Positions 1 through 19,968 are shown, numbered from the stretch's first letter. The stretch: DNA of 64,000 bases from Chlorokybus atmophyticus (GCA_009103225.1 RHPI01001737.1:607131-671130), one strand, 5' to 3'. Numbers and translations: made by a program. Notes: generated from the sequence alone by a model not told the origin.

Positions 1-101
1 ATATATGCGTGTGCACAGCACGGTCGGGCACGTGCACAGCATGATATAGTGACGGCATCCTCATATTGTTGCAAACCATCCTCCCGCCGTGGTTATATCA
101 G

Positions 102-1412
102 GGCGTTCCTGACTTCAAGCGAGGGGCGAGGAGCAGGTTGCGGTTTGTGCAGGAGGAGCCACTGGAAAGGTCACAGCGCAAGCAATTCACAGATCCTGAT
201 GATGTCGAGTTGCAGATTCTGGCAGCCAAGATCTTGGGCCAGACAGGTGTTGCTGCATACACTCCACTGGTGCTCATGGACTCTGATGGAAGGGTACGCC
301 TATGTCTAGGGAGGCTCATCAAGTATTTGCAGCCAGTCTAGAACTACCGTGCGCTTATCACTGCATGGTATCTCTCTCAGGTCCCCATGCAAGTTGCAAA
401 GACTTTGCTAGACGCTGGAGCACAACGCGTGTACAGAATATCCGGTGGCTTTGAATCGGTGAGTGAGCACTGCAGCATGCCCTCATGCAAAAGAGCACTT
501 GGCATGCTCTTATGTGGCAAAGCTACCTATGCCCATCTGAGCAAGGAACAATCTGTTGAAGTTAAAATGTCTAAGCACTGATGGGTTCCCAATGGTATCT
601 CTCACTGCAAAAATGTGTGTCACTCACTCGTTTCGTGAAACTCGTCAGGGCTGGGTGCCAAGTGGGCTTCCCATCAGGCCAGATGAGGATTTGCCGGCAC
701 TCAAGGTTTTGACAGAGGACGCACAGGAGATTGTGCAGGAAACTGTCCAAGCCGTTAAGGAAAGCCCAGAGAAGGTGCGTTCAGCCTGTCTACGTGTTTG
801 CCCTGGACTGGTTCTGTTAACTGTCAGGATTAATGCCTTTGTTGGTACAGGTGTTCCTCCCTCTGCTGGGTGTAACAGGCTCCGTATATACAGTCTTCAA
901 CTATGAGTATGTCCTGGAAATGATCGGCGTGTTGGCCATACTGCAGGTATTGGCTTTGTTGGTTGCTTCCTATTGACAGTCACTGCGAACATTCTTCACA
1001 TCCGAACATTGACAGTCACTGCGGACATTCTTCACATCCGTCGTACAACATGCAACGAGAATCACCTCCCATGATACTGCTTTATGCTGCATGTGAATGC
1101 TGTGAAAGGCATTAAAGCATTGTTGGTGTTGCATATGGTAATGATGCCGCTCCTTTGCAGCTGGTGTACAAGAAGGTGTCGTCATATGACAGCCTGGATG
1201 ACTTCTACCGAGACATTGTGAGGTTGATACTGTCGGTGCAGTCGTTCCCGAGCCGCGTGACCAAGTCCACTTCCAAGGCGGCAAAGGCCCTGCAGGAGTA
1301 CCAAAAGTTGCCTGAGCAGCTACCTGCCGGGGCGCCGACGCCACAGAAGACAGAGTTTGAGGTCGCCAGCGAGGCGCCCGCTGCGCCAAAAGCAGAGTCC
1401 AATGCTAGCTAG
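102..1412 (+). CDS. Rhodanese-domain, CAS-related plastid protein (At3g59780-like); 3' exons only, 5' part lies outside the window
   Basis: GT-AG exons join as GVPDFKRGARSRL...TPLVLMDSDGRVPMQVAKTLLDAGAQRVYRISGGFE..WVPSGLPIR...VFLPLLGVTGSVYTVFNYEYVLEMIGVLAILQ-LVYKKVSSYDSLDDFYRDIV. This matches from memory the rhodanese + TM + SYxxxxDF layout of that family. Stop at 1410-1412. Confidence 0.75.
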
Positions 1413-2989
1413 TTAGGTGTATCGTTGATGTAGCAGGGTCGCGCACCGCACTCAGAGTTGCCTTGCACGTATAGATACACATACAATAGGTGGTTGCTTG
1501 ACGGCACGCACGAATTTTGGAGGCACCTGAGCCTTGTATATAATCAAACACTACTAGTTTGAAGCGACCTTGGTCTACCTACAAGTTTTTAGTACACACC
1601 GGCTGTGATTGCCGTTATCCTTTTGTGCATGTGTGCTGCAGTTATATTGATGGCAATTATACATGTAGTGCTAGCTTGCCTACCGCCTTTGTCCACCTCA
1701 CTCGCTATGATGTGCAATCAGCACATGCTGCAGGGTTGCAGTTGCTTTTCAGTTGCTGGTTATAGGTGCTTTACATTCATGACGGTGTGTTGATTATTAC
1801 TGTTTGCACACAACAGATAGTGGTGCAAGTGAGGGGATGGTTACAAGATGGCATCTGCAGGCAAGGACCTCAGATACCGAGCAAGAGAATGGCTGCCATG
1901 TGGTGCACAGCTGGTGCTGAGCCGCAGTGGACGACGGAAACGCAAGGCATTGTCATGTGCACACCCGCGTGCATATGTAACAGGTGCATTATTATGCAAC
2001 CTCTTTATGTCATGTGCACCATTCTGATGCCTATACTACTATTCTGTACTACGACAAGCGTCCAATGCTGTTCAGATGCATTGGGACTTTACACTCCCTT
2101 GGCCCCTGTCAAAGCAGCGACGATAAGCCAACACGAGTGGCAAACATATCAGAAAGGAAGGGTTGCTTGTTGCAGCTACATGCTGCATCGGCTTGTGTGC
2201 GCTAGTGCTGTTGGTGTTGTCTTGTGTGCAGACCATAGGGTATAACACAGGGGCCACAAGCAAAGATGCAAACAAGCAAGCACAAAGCCAATATAACCCA
2301 CGGCAACAACTAGATAGCTAGCTAGCTATGGGGCTGGACCTATTTGCGTGCAAGGCAGTGAGGCACCATGTGTCTAGGTGTGTACTAGGTAGGCAGCTGC
2401 ACATGCTGCACGTACTAGTTCTTGTGCTTGTGGTGTGCGCGCATGTAATGCTTGTGGTTGAAAAGCCTATGCTAGTATACTGTGTTGGCATATATGAATG
2501 GGGTTGTAACCCAAGGCTGTTGTGTGCCCGTGGTATGATGAAGGCATACTCAGTATGTACAAGACAACAATTGTGTAGTTAGGCATGCACTCTTCGGATA
2601 CTCCTGCGGATGCCACAGGCGGTGCTACTGACGTGAGCTCAATGGGTGACTTTACCAGTTGCACAAGCCGGCCATGCCACTGCATCACAAGCACGATAAC
2701 AATCTCATGCGACAAGACACCACCACGTGCTATGAAGCTCATGTAGTATTGATGGCAGCAAGGCTACACGCTAGTTGTAATCACTGCAGTCTACTTGGAT
2801 AAAATCCCTCGTGGTGGACATGTTCCTTCATATGTACAATTTCAATCTGACAATGACCAGCACTACTGAAAAGTGCAGGGTTGCAAGACGACTACAACAC
2901 GAAGTCAACTAAATTATTGCATACGAACTGATGGCTGAACAATCACCACCCAACGAAGGCACCGATCAGCATAATGCGAGACATGTAAC

Positions 2990-5300
2990 CACTAGCGCTT
3001 CCCTTGCAAATATCGCGGATCCGACGTGGCCGCCTGATACGTCGGCGGCGGGTGCACTCCCTGCAATGGGACAGCTTGCGTTGGCATCACCGGCGGTGGC
3101 GGGAAGTTGCTTGGGAACTGGAAGCCAGCAGAGGATGATACTTGAGGAGAAGGTGCCTGCGCTGGATACTGTGGTACACCAGCAGATGAAGTTGCCGCGG
3201 AGCTCGAACTCGCCAGTCTTGCCTGTAAGACACTACCTGAGTGAGCCACAAGTCCAACTCGCACAGATGAAGTTGGACAGGGTAGAACATGTGCAAGACA
3301 CTGTTGTAGTACACAAAAAGCTTGCCTGCTGCATTTGCATGACGCGCTCTGCATCAGCCACAGCCTTCATGTGGGTCTCTTGCTCTTTGGCTCCCCTTTT
3401 CTGAAACGCGTAGCCCAACGCATAGAAGCTCTCTGCAATCACTTGCGTGCTACCACCAAGCTGCAAATAACATGACAGCAATTACATCAATTACCCACAC
3501 AGCAACATTCAACACAAGGTGAACACCAGGTCTGTGGTCAGAATGTCTGACCTGCGGAGATGCGTAGACCAGCTGCACCGCTTGGCGTAGAGTTTGCTCA
3601 ACCGCTCCCGTGCTCACAAGATGCACGAAGGTGTACACAGCGTCGTCGACCAGCTTGTTGCGGTCTGGATTGGACTTGTCACTGCCGCTCAGCTTCTTCC
3701 ACATGTTGTCCATGGCAGCAGTTATGGAACTCCTGTTGTGCAACACAGGTACATACTACACTGTCAATACTGCTGCTTGCATGGCAACTGCGTGCAACAA
3801 GCAATTCCACAAAGCACTGTGGTTGTAATAGACGCAAAGCACTCAACGGCTCACACATACATATTATGCGACAATAACAAGTGTTACGTATGTGACTACC
3901 AGCTGAGTACATCTGTAACAAGGACCTTGCACGCACGCACAGTACACAACTTTCAGTGTGATCGGTGCATACCTGCCGAAGTCCCCATATCGCGAGGCTT
4001 CTTCGGTGAGAATGCGACCAACGAGGATGGCGTCATCGTAGGTGACGTGTTTCGACTGCAAGAGGAACTTCTTTGCGGCCGCCTTGGCCGCAGCAGAGTG
4101 CTCGTCCTTGTAACCTGCCAGCAGCAGGTGCGCAAACTTTACGCACACGGCCACCAGGTGGTCCACAGCACTGCCCGTCGACGCCTTCTTCTGCAGCATC
4201 GACTTGTCCTGAACATACGCAATCACGCTTCCTCAGCATCCAAGTGAATTGGACTGCCTCATTCAGTGCACAGCTCATTACTACATGGACAGCAAATATA
4301 CTGTAACAAGTGTCTCTAAACAGCACGCACTGCCTTGGCAGTGTACCACAGTGGAACATAAGAGTACAAAGCCAAGAGAGATTGAAATTGAAAGCATATG
4401 CATACTGCAGTGGCACAGCAACAGGCTATGGGTTATGCAACCTCACAAGATGGCTGTGAAACATGATTGCTAATCAAAGCAATCGCATGCTAACTGTGTG
4501 CCGCCTTACTGAATGCAACCGAGTAGTAGTACAGTATACTGACTAACTCTATGGTATAAGCTTCAAGTCAAGTGAGTATGAGCATCACTGTCCGTCACAG
4601 AGCAGCAACATACGAGCACCTTTCGTTCGTCGAGCGCGGTGTCAGCACTCTTCACAGCGTCTTTGATGGCAGAAAACCCCTGCTTGGACAGGCTGAAGGC
4701 AAACCCCATGCCTTTGCCAGCGATTGAGGCCGCCTTGCCAGCTGTAGTGTGGAACCAGCATCAAAGAAACGATATCAACTACAGTACCATTTTGCAACAA
4801 CAAAGGTGCATGATATCTATGGTAACAATCACAAAGACCACACTCACGGCACCACAACCACCATGTCAATCCAACAGCACCAACTACGAAATCATTGACA
4901 GAACTTACCCATGATTACTTGCAGCAGTCAATTAGGGCTTGGCAGTTCAAAGGAAATCTATTGGCCACCCAACTCGAAACGTACACCTATTGACACCTGA
5001 TGCTCGTCTTGCTCTGCATGAAGGGAACGGCCTTGAGCCAGCTAACAACCTCGCACACACCCTGTTGCAACTGCGCTCGCGTCTGATCAGACAGCAAAAG
5101 CAGCAGCGGAGGCAAAGGCGGCGGTGCAAACAGTCAACAACCTTCACGTACACAGACAAATAGACCTTGTACCGCTCTTTTCTCACCAGCGTGATGGTCA
5201 ACCGTACGCAACGCCACTGAGCTAAGGAGGACCGTTACCGGCGAAGACCTCCACCAGCACCAGCAGCTTGCTGCGCTCGACAACTGTGACGACCACTACG
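2990..5300 (-). CDS. Probable multi-exon gene of unknown function
   Basis: Several coding-like minus-strand segments with plausible splice sites: ~4620-4745 AGKAASIAGKGMGFAFSLSKQGFSAIKDAVK; ~3950-4230 VIAYVQDKSMLQKK...; ~3560-3715 DNMWKKLSGSDKSNPDRNKLVDDAVYTF; ~3290-3465; and a Pro/Gln-rich segment at ~3000-3200. No domain recognised; ends uncertain. Confidence 0.45.
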
Positions 5301-6228
5301 ACGCCAACACCCACTGCGCTTGCAACACACTGTGGAGGTGATTGTATGCTGCCAGGCACGTCGACGTTTCAAAGCGCCACGCGTCGACTCCACCGTTTTC
5401 GCCGACTGCTCGAACATAACAGGCTTCGAGTGTCAGAGCAGGTGTTGAATGGGTGCCTGCATCAACGACAGCACCGAGCCGCACATCAACTATGCTGAGG
5501 TGTAGACGTTGTATATGTTGCATATTGTATGCACTTATAAGTTTCCATAGCATTTGCACACATGTCATACGTAGCAAGCATTAGAGTTGCAAACGTATTA
5601 TCTCAGCTACGCGTGTTACACGTGAGGTTACCATCTTTGTATTGCATGTACATACCAGTAACGTGGTAAATCGCATAACGCAATGCATATCACAACTTAT
5701 TTAAGCGCGAGCCATCACATCACAAAATGCGTTCTCAAAGCCTACATACTGTGTCCTCGACGTGAGCAAATACATGGGGCTGCATCGGCGAGTCATGATA
5801 GTTACAAGATCTTAAATGTGACAGTCTAATGCTGGTACATCATAATTATCCATCCATTTCCATTGCAAGTATAACATATTATATGTTGTATATCATACGA
5901 CATAAATGTTTTATACTAGTAGTATATAACATCTTCCATATTGACTTGCGTAATTTTTTATCATTGCTAGAAATACAAGCTACGTCGACATAACCTTTAT
6001 AGGGTGCCTATTTTGCCACATGAGGCTTGCACAAGTAACTTGTCAGCTCCGGCTTCTGGCTGTAGACAGCGTCACATTTAAGATAAAACAAGTCAGTGCC
6101 TCCAATGTTCAATCCCTGCACCATATGCTGAAACACAACGCATGTACACGTATAATGAAAGCGCAATGCTACTTGCGACGCACTTGTATACTTAGTGCGG
6201 AAGGTAGGTGTCCTTGCAGTGGGATTTT

Positions 6229-6640
6229 GTCGCAAACTGTTTCCCCTGCCGACCGATTAAATACTGGTAACGGCCGTGCACCTGAGGATACTCATTTGGA
6301 CTGTCGTGGCTCAGTCCACCTGTAATCTCGATACAGAGACTTGAGTATAACGGCCGTCCTCGGCCGTTTACACAAAGCGACTAACCTAGACGGACATGTA
6401 CCTGTCAGGTACTTATTAGTTGAGCAGAAGGGATTTGATCTAACTAACCAGTACCTGTAAGATACCTATCAGTTAAGCAAAGGTGACATAGCCTAACTAA
6501 CAGGTATCTCACCTATACTTATAAGTTAGGTTCCGGCAACTTTGTGGTAACTGTCCAAAACTGCTAGGTACCTAATTATGACTAACGGTACCTTATAGTA
6601 CCGTCAGTGATGAGTAGGTACCGCGTTTGTGTGACATCGA
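6229..6640. repeat. Dispersed repeat: 112-bp head shared with 40399-40510, followed by a degenerate ACCTG/TAACT motif array
   Basis: Ungapped alignment of 6229-6340 with 40399-40510 gives about 13 mismatches by eye. Both copies are followed by similar short-motif arrays. Confidence 0.75.
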
Positions 6641-7367
6641 CTGTGCAAGACGGCAATCATATCATATGATTGTAATCAAGTTGTGATGATTACAACTTGA
6701 TTACATCACAGTCATATACATGTCACCTACACAGTACAAGCCCCACTACTAACATACTACAGTATACTACTACACTACTACGGTAGTAGTACTACCTACT
6801 ACACTACAGTCTGCCGCCGCTAAGTCTTGTGCTGCCGCTTGCCTGCTGCTTCCGCCCTCTTAGCCTGGCCGTCCTGAGGAAAGAGGGGCGGTCAGCTAGG
6901 GCGGCGCAACACATTATATACACACCACCACCACCACCACCACCACCACAACCACCACAACAGCAACAACAGCGCATCTGCTGGCGGCCGCCGCCGCCGC
7001 CGCCGCGCCTAGCCTGGTGGTCGCCCTACAACGCGAAGGGTGGAAGGGCGGTCAGGCTGCGCTGCTGCGCACTACACGACAAAACATGCACAAGCACACA
7101 AGCACATACCTGCCGCCGCCGCCGCCACAGCAGCAGCATAACGCTCAACTGCGCAAGTCAAGTTGAGCGTTGTGTTGCGACTTAGCATCTGCATTCACAA
7201 GGGGGCCGTTGAGTTTAAAAACGCAACGGCTTCCCTTATGACACCATCGTACTATTACGATGGTACTTTTGTACCATCATAATGTTACAAAAGTACCAAT
7301 ACAATGGTACCATCGTAATGGTACAAAAGTACCAATACCATAGTACCAATGTAATGGTACTGCTGTA

Positions 7368-8543
7368 CAGTCTACCCCCGCCAAGAGAATTCGTTTCAAG
7401 AGAATAACCCCGTTAGTATCATAAAAAATGAGATTACCAAACGTTCTACAGGCAATTTACGCGCCTCAAGAGAATATGACCAACTGCGAAGAGCATATCT
7501 CTTTCCCTTGACAAAATCGTAAGTTTAAGTGAGGATATGCTTGTATCGGGGGGTGCAAGTGTGATGCATACGGCGCACAGCGTGATGAGCATGATGGGCG
7601 TGATGCATGTAATTCACTGTATCTTAATGTAACTTAGCGTTGCAAAGCATCATCGCCGCCACTTCGGACGGCAGCGACGGCGGTGAGGAGACGCAGGCTG
7701 GGGGCAGCGACGGCGGTGAGGAGACGCAGGCTGGGGCAGCGGTGGCGGGCGGGGTATAGTTGATGGGCACGCCGCTCAACTTGTAGGGCGGCTAGCTGGT
7801 CACGGCTGTTGCAGCGCCGCTGCTGGCGGCGCACAACAAGTAAGGGTTTGCAACGCACATGCAGTGCATGCACGTACATGCAGTGTGTGATTGTGTATGC
7901 ACAAACAGTAATGTAGTGTGTGATTGTTGTTATAGGTCAGCATGGCCGCACAAATCAAGCGTGATAACCTTCCTCTAAAAGACAAGCAGCGCATCCTTGA
8001 GTTGTGACGCTAATGAAGGTCTTAAGCAAGCGGACTTGATTGCTATTATTAGAACTGAGTTGAAGTTCACTATCAAGCAGAGTTCGCTCTCCAAACTTCT
8101 CAATAAACAGCGACAGCAAATAGCCGATGCGTTGGCTGTGGGTGGCAAGCATGCGGCCAAAAACAAAAGGATGCGGATTGGGGCTCATCCCAAATTAGAA
8201 GATGGATTGTATGAGTGGTTTGCACAGGCCAGAGCACGCAATGCGTTGATCACTGATGCATTGTGAATGGAGACACAAATGGCAAGAATGTTGTTTGGAT
8301 TCATCTGACTATAGCAACGCAATTGTATGGTATTCAAGCAAGAATGTAGCAACATGGGCATTGTTGAGCTTCATTGCTCACCATACTAAAGCGAAAAAGT
8401 ATTATACACAAGACCCCGCTAATAGCATATTTATGCTCTTGGCAGTCAATAGCATATTATGCTCTTAAACGCTTAGAGACTAACCCCGCCAAGAGCATAA
8501 GATGGCTGAGGATAAACAGTATGCTCTTAGCGAGGGTAGACTG
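7368..8543 (+). mobile_element. pogo/Tigger-like (Tc1-mariner) internally deleted DNA transposon
   Basis: TIRs CAGTCTACCCCCGCCAAGAG ... CTCTTAGCGAGGGTAGACTG, with TA on both sides (7366-67, 8544-45). Internal CENP-B-type HTH remnant. Confidence 0.9.
7942..8266 (+). pseudogene. pogo transposase N-terminal HTH-psq/CENP-B HTH remnant
   Basis: MAAQIKRDNLPLKDKQRILE, then a frameshift, then ANEGLKQADLI...KRMRIGAHPKLEDGLYEWFAQARARNALITDAL. No DDE domain follows. Confidence 0.8.
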
Positions 8544-8759
8544 TACCATATCGATGGTACCAAAGTACAATTGTCTTGAGGCAAAACTTCCATCGTATCA
8601 TATATTGGTACTTGTCCCAACTCACCGCCACCGCTCGTCCCTAAGCTGGGACTGATAAGTCACTTGCTTGCCATTTTGATACATCACCCTCGCAAAATGC
8701 TATATGATCGGTGGTCGGTCGTATTAATCGAGTGGAGTCATGCACATCAATGAGTGTGT

Positions 8760-9847
8760 AGGTGTTTCCTTGTGTGCACAGGCGTGTGACAGTGTGTGCG
8801 CGTGCGCGTGCGCATGGTGTGCAGTGTACATGCGCGTGCATATGCGTGTGTTTGTCTCACTTTGGCAAGAGATGTAAAGGCTGCCTTTCCCCGGGAATCT
8901 AAGTATTTACTGAAAAACCTGGGATACTGCTCATCTGCAGAGTGCGTGCTCAGAAGCTGCAGCATTACATAGCTTGCAAAACTGTCACAAGATTACTTGG
9001 TCATTATCTCAAATGGCAGCGACACAGCCGGCCGGTGTGTGGTGTGCGACCAGTGCAAGCAACCGATAATAGCAGCGTGAATATTAGGATGGCATGCCTA
9101 AATTGCGGGAGGAGAAGCCAGAGGAGGGGGTGAGCACCCGACAGCTGGCAACGGAGGGCGATAAGGTATGCCTTGCATGACGCATGCGTGTAGGTGAATT
9201 GGCTCTACGCATGGAAGACGTGTATGTATCCATCTCTACAACATATGCCTGCGCGCTAAGACACACATCACTACCAGTGCTGTAAATTGTAGGGACAAAC
9301 GAGGCCAATTCATTTGGTCCAGTTTTTGACATTAAGTCCAGTTTTTGACATTCACTGACAAAGCAGCTTGGCAAACCGTTGCAAAAGCTCTTTTACCAAA
9401 CATTGCGAAGCGTTTGGAAGACAATGCAGCCGCCCGGTAATTAAATTTTTTAACCTACTGCAGTATACACGACTCACACGCAAGAGCATGCATTGGCGAG
9501 CATGGCATGGGTGTAAGTGCATTATGCACTGTGCATGTAACCGCATGCATTGCGCAACCGAGTTGTTTATCACATGGAAGGGCAGAGTACTCAATACTTG
9601 GGTTTTACAACACGCATGAGCATTACCTGTTCTCTTAATACCATTAAAACCCATACGCGCACGTCAACAATGTGAGAGGCTAGCGCATGCACTGGCCGCA
9701 CGGCAGCGAACGCAGCCACTAGATGAGAGTGGCCAGCGACACTCAGACTTCCCCTGGTCGCACCTCATACTTGACTTTGTTCACAAAGCCGACACATGTA
9801 GGTAGCTTGGAGGACAGGGCACCTCCCCCGCCGCCATCGCCGCTCAT
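8760..9847 (-). pseudogene. Degenerate paralogue of the C-terminal-half LOX gene (32633-35160)
   Basis: Homologous exons: ALSSKLPTCVGFV (exon 1), KRAFATVCQAALSVNVKNWT (exon 2), AYVVEMDTYTSS (exon 3), LLSTHSADEQYP (exon 11). Lesions: a duplicated AATGTCAAAAACTGGAC creates TAA after NWT, the His motif is decayed, exons 4-10 are deleted and the last exon is absent. Confidence 0.9.
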
Positions 9848-11101
9848 GAGGAAATTGCTGCACCAGCACTGCCTAGCCCGGCGGTTATATATAGAAAAGT
9901 TATGTCTGCAATGCGTCGTCTTGATGGAGGACAAAATAGAGGGATGCAAAACCACTGGTCGCGTTACTCATGCAGGTGGCGTCATCTCATTTTTGTGTGT
10001 GTGTGTCCTCGCGGACAAGAGAACTTTTCCTCCAACCGAGAATTGTCCGGCCCACCAGGTGGGCCGCGTCGCAGGGCGGTGGGTCGCCATTAGCAACAAT
10101 CATTACAAAAAAGCATCCACTTTTTGACACGTGCAGTACCTTCAAGGTACTACCTTGCAGTCTTGAAAAGAGCATAACAGGCGCATGAGCTGCAGTGCTG
10201 CACTGCCAGTGCAGCTGCTAAGCATGTTGCCTTTTGCATGAAGCTATCAGCGCGTGCAACACCTACCGGTATGTGACGTGGCAATGTGCATATGATATCG
10301 CAGTGGTCAACTACCTTAGCGCCATTACATGGCGGCTCGCGCGCGCGCACATCACGCCGTTAGCTCCCAGGTCAATGTGCTGCCGGCGTGATGGGGGAAT
10401 CCATCAAGGGAGTTAGTCAATGCCAAAGTGAGCGCATTCACGTTTGCATTGGGTTTATGCGTACAGCAGGGTACAAGTTAACGGCTCTGAATTCCTATCA
10501 GCAGCCAGCGCTGGGAGTTGGCCAGCAAGTCGCTGGCAAGCTTAGCATTGCTGACTAGTCGTACAGCAAGCCTCAGCTGTCAGGTGTACAATTCTTCTGG
10601 AACGGTGTGAACGGTAATACATGACATTCGTTTCAATGTAAACAAGTCGTCGTATACCCGTGGCGAGGTATATACATATCATACTTAATAAGGCCTGTGA
10701 AACAAGGGGAATGCACGCAGCATTTGCCAGTCCATCGCAAAATGGAAATGACGGACGGGACATGCTAACCGATGAATTCTATCAGGCCCGACATCGGTAT
10801 TTGTAGGGCACACATCCAGGCTGACTCGGGTGGCGAAACAGTCTGACAGCCGATGACAAAGCCTGAGTTACGTCTCCGAGAGAGAACAAAAACACGCGCA
10901 AGTGAAACCGCGTGTTTGTCCCTCCTCCCCAACACCGATGGCGCGGTCGCAACTCAATGATCATATGCTTATAAGCAAGACGGGGCGTGCTGCAGGGCAA
11001 GCTATTTCTTGTTTCCCTGCATGTAGACGTTCGCATTGGCGTGGGCGTCCGGGGCGGCGGTGGGTGGTACAGCGGTGGGCGGGTGGGCGTGCGGGGCGGC
11101 G

Positions 11102-16891
<5,790 letters not shown>

Positions 16892-18394
16892 AGTGCTTCT
16901 GTGTCAAGTTCTGTATATAGCAGTTTTTTGACAAATAAAAACTGCCTGATGACAAATAGACTATCGACATGGCGGACTAGAGCAGTGAGGACTCAGAACC
17001 GTGTTCCGGCATGCACATAGTGCGGAGCGCTATCTGCCATGTCCCTGTTCTTGACGTTAGCAAGGCATAGTTTTCGGTAGCACAGCAGCGCAAGGCATTG
17101 CCTGTGTTTACAAGTCGATTAGCATAGCGTGACATGTTTTGACCAATGTCTATACAAATATGATATTGTGCTGTTTGATGCCTATGACATGCGTGCACAA
17201 ATCTGTCCTGCATGACAAACAGCTCTATTGCTGTGGCTACCACCGCTGCATCCATCCACAAGAGCGCCCAAGTCCACAAACTCCTGACCTGCTTGCTGAG
17301 CATGTGCACAATGCATCAGCAATGTTGCTGGTGAGTGCTTTGAACTAGTGCAGCGAGACAAGCTGGTGCACGTACAACATACGGGCCACTGGTTTATGCA
17401 ACCAGCCGTGACACAAATCGACGAACGTCATCATGCCGACAAACGAGGCGTAATGCTGGCTGTACTTATGAACTATGAAGCTGCAGTCCAGCTGGACAGT
17501 TGTTGGCGGTCGGCTTGACAGCAGCCCTGCTCGCAAGTGAATGTTGCAGCTCCATGCATGCGACTGAAATCGAGCAGAGAGAGAGAGAGAGAGAGAGGGG
17601 CTGTTTTCTGGCCTCATACACTTGTATAAATTTCATTAACTACAAACAAGGGTTGCTAAGTTATGTACGGATATATATCCATATACACTTACCTATATGC
17701 ATCAAATTCAAGCAATTATCGGTGTATGCGTCTTTTCAACGTTCACACATAGCAGCATGTAAGTTAATGTGTCTGCCGGGTCTGCTGCTCATGTCGTCTA
17801 TCATGGCAGTGCTTTGCCTCTGTTCCAGAACATGCCCGACGTCGTCACGCGTCACGAAATCATCACGGCCAAAGAAAATCAGCGCACGCACCGCCTGCGT
17901 TTGTTCCGTGCTGCTTTATCGGCAGGGGATGCTGCAAATGCACTCAGTGCTGCAATGGTGTTGACTTATACCATTGGTCTGCTCTTAGTGCAGGCCTATC
18001 ATTGCATCAGTCAGTAGCACCACTTGTTGCAGTGCATGCCTTTCACGCTGGTGGGAGAGAGCGTCTTTAAGCCCATTGAACCATCAGCATAGCAGGCTGA
18101 TGAAACAGGAATTGAGTATATAGGCCTACTACTGGCAGTCCGACATGCATGCGTGACAAGACATACCGGTACTGCATGTCATTTTTCCACTGACAATGCA
18201 ACCGCTTGTCAAGAGATAGAAAGGTAAAGGTAAATTCCAGCAAGTGTCCGTCCACACTTCAGCGTTTGTCTCTTGTGCAGCGGCAGGCCATCACCANCCC
18301 CCCCCCCCCCCCCTCCCCCCAAAAAACCCTGCCCCTTCTCAGCAGAGGACTCCATACAATCCACCCTCATCAACAGCATACCATATATCCTGCA

Positions 18395-18787
18395 CTATGT
18401 TATGCTCTTCGCGGGGTTATGCACGTCACGCCTAAGAGCATAGTATGCTCTTTGACGTCAAGTGCATACGCTATTGACGAGGGTTGCTCATCACATCACG
18501 CATAACACGTCACATTCATCACGCCACACACATCACGCCATCACGTCCATCATGCCTACCAGCTTACCCATCACGCCCCATGCGTCATGGTCACACCCAT
18601 CACCCTGCCCATCATGCGTCACACCCCCTTTACTAGCATATCCCTCATTTAAATTTATGACATGACATGAAAATATACTATGCTCTTGAGGTGCAATATT
18701 TGCTAAAGTTATCTCGTAATCTCATATCTATGCTATAAGCGGGATCATCACTCTCTTATAACGAAGTTTAATGGCGCAAGTAGACTA
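18395..18787. mobile_element. Decayed non-autonomous member of the pogo-like family
   Basis: Shares the AAGAGCATA..TATGCTCTT and CATCACGCCC motifs and the TATGCTATA.GCGGG...GTAGACT end with 21995-22436. Left TIR not seen. Confidence 0.6.
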
Positions 18788-19569
18788 AGGTGCCCGCTGG
18801 GTACCATCGCGCCGAGTTTTTGTCCCCCCTCCCCCGCCCCATTCACGACTTGAGTTAAAGAATAATATCTTTTAAGATTGTGCAGATTTTGGGCATCCAC
18901 TACGCCGACAACCAGGAGACGCCGTGCAGACGCGCATGCGCGCGTGCGTGTGTGTCTGTTGCGGCATGTGTGCGCACGGCTTGTGCGTGCACGTGGTTGC
19001 ATGGTTACCCACACTCATCACCCGGCGGGTAACACCCGCACAACGACAACAGGAACCTGGCCGGAGTGGGTGGGGCTAGGTGCAACGACTGCAGCTCTCA
19101 TGCGCTCATGAGGGTGCTGCTGCACGCCACTAAACTGGACTTTCTTGTTTAGTGCCAACATCGTGCACGGGAGGAGCAGAAAGGACCCTGCGTCACGGCC
19201 ACCGTTTTGTGTGTAGTAGTGGGGGCCGAGGATCGGGGTGGAGACATACCGGTAGTACCGTTGTTGTAACATAAATGGAAAGGGGCATGTCGGACATGTG
19301 GCTCCCTCTGTAGCAGCGACTTTTGCTGCCATAGCCTAGTGGTTAAGGCGTCGATGTTACAGCTATATGCCAAACCATGCCAACGCACAGTGGCCGCCGC
19401 ATGGGCCATGTGGGAGGTGTGCAAGCCAATTGAGAAAAAGGGGATAACTTTGACGCTTATCGTTGGCATCGCGCCCTCGACTGAAAGTAATATATGTAGG
19501 TCAAACCCCCCACGTATATGTAGATACACGCACATGCAGGGACGCAAACACACTTAAACCACCTACATA

Positions 19570-19968
<399 letters not shown>

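Noticed and set aside
974-1041. 36-bp tandem duplication
   Set aside because: Intronic in the rhodanese gene with no evident consequence.
6229-6390. Hammerhead ribozyme (CTGAGGA), Alu/7SL-like motif (GTGGCTCA..CCTGTAATC) or Helitron 3' end
   Set aside because: No GAAA core follows, the stems are not preserved in the 40399 copy, the Alu resemblance is short and taxonomically implausible, and the CTRR is not followed by T.
6671-6705. Perfect 14-bp hairpin TGTAATCAAGTTGT / ACAACTTGATTACA
   Set aside because: Isolated, in TE-derived low-complexity DNA, with no supporting context for function.
17750-19500. Short ORFs between fusion A and the poly-C run
   Set aside because: No recognisable domain or consistent exon chain.
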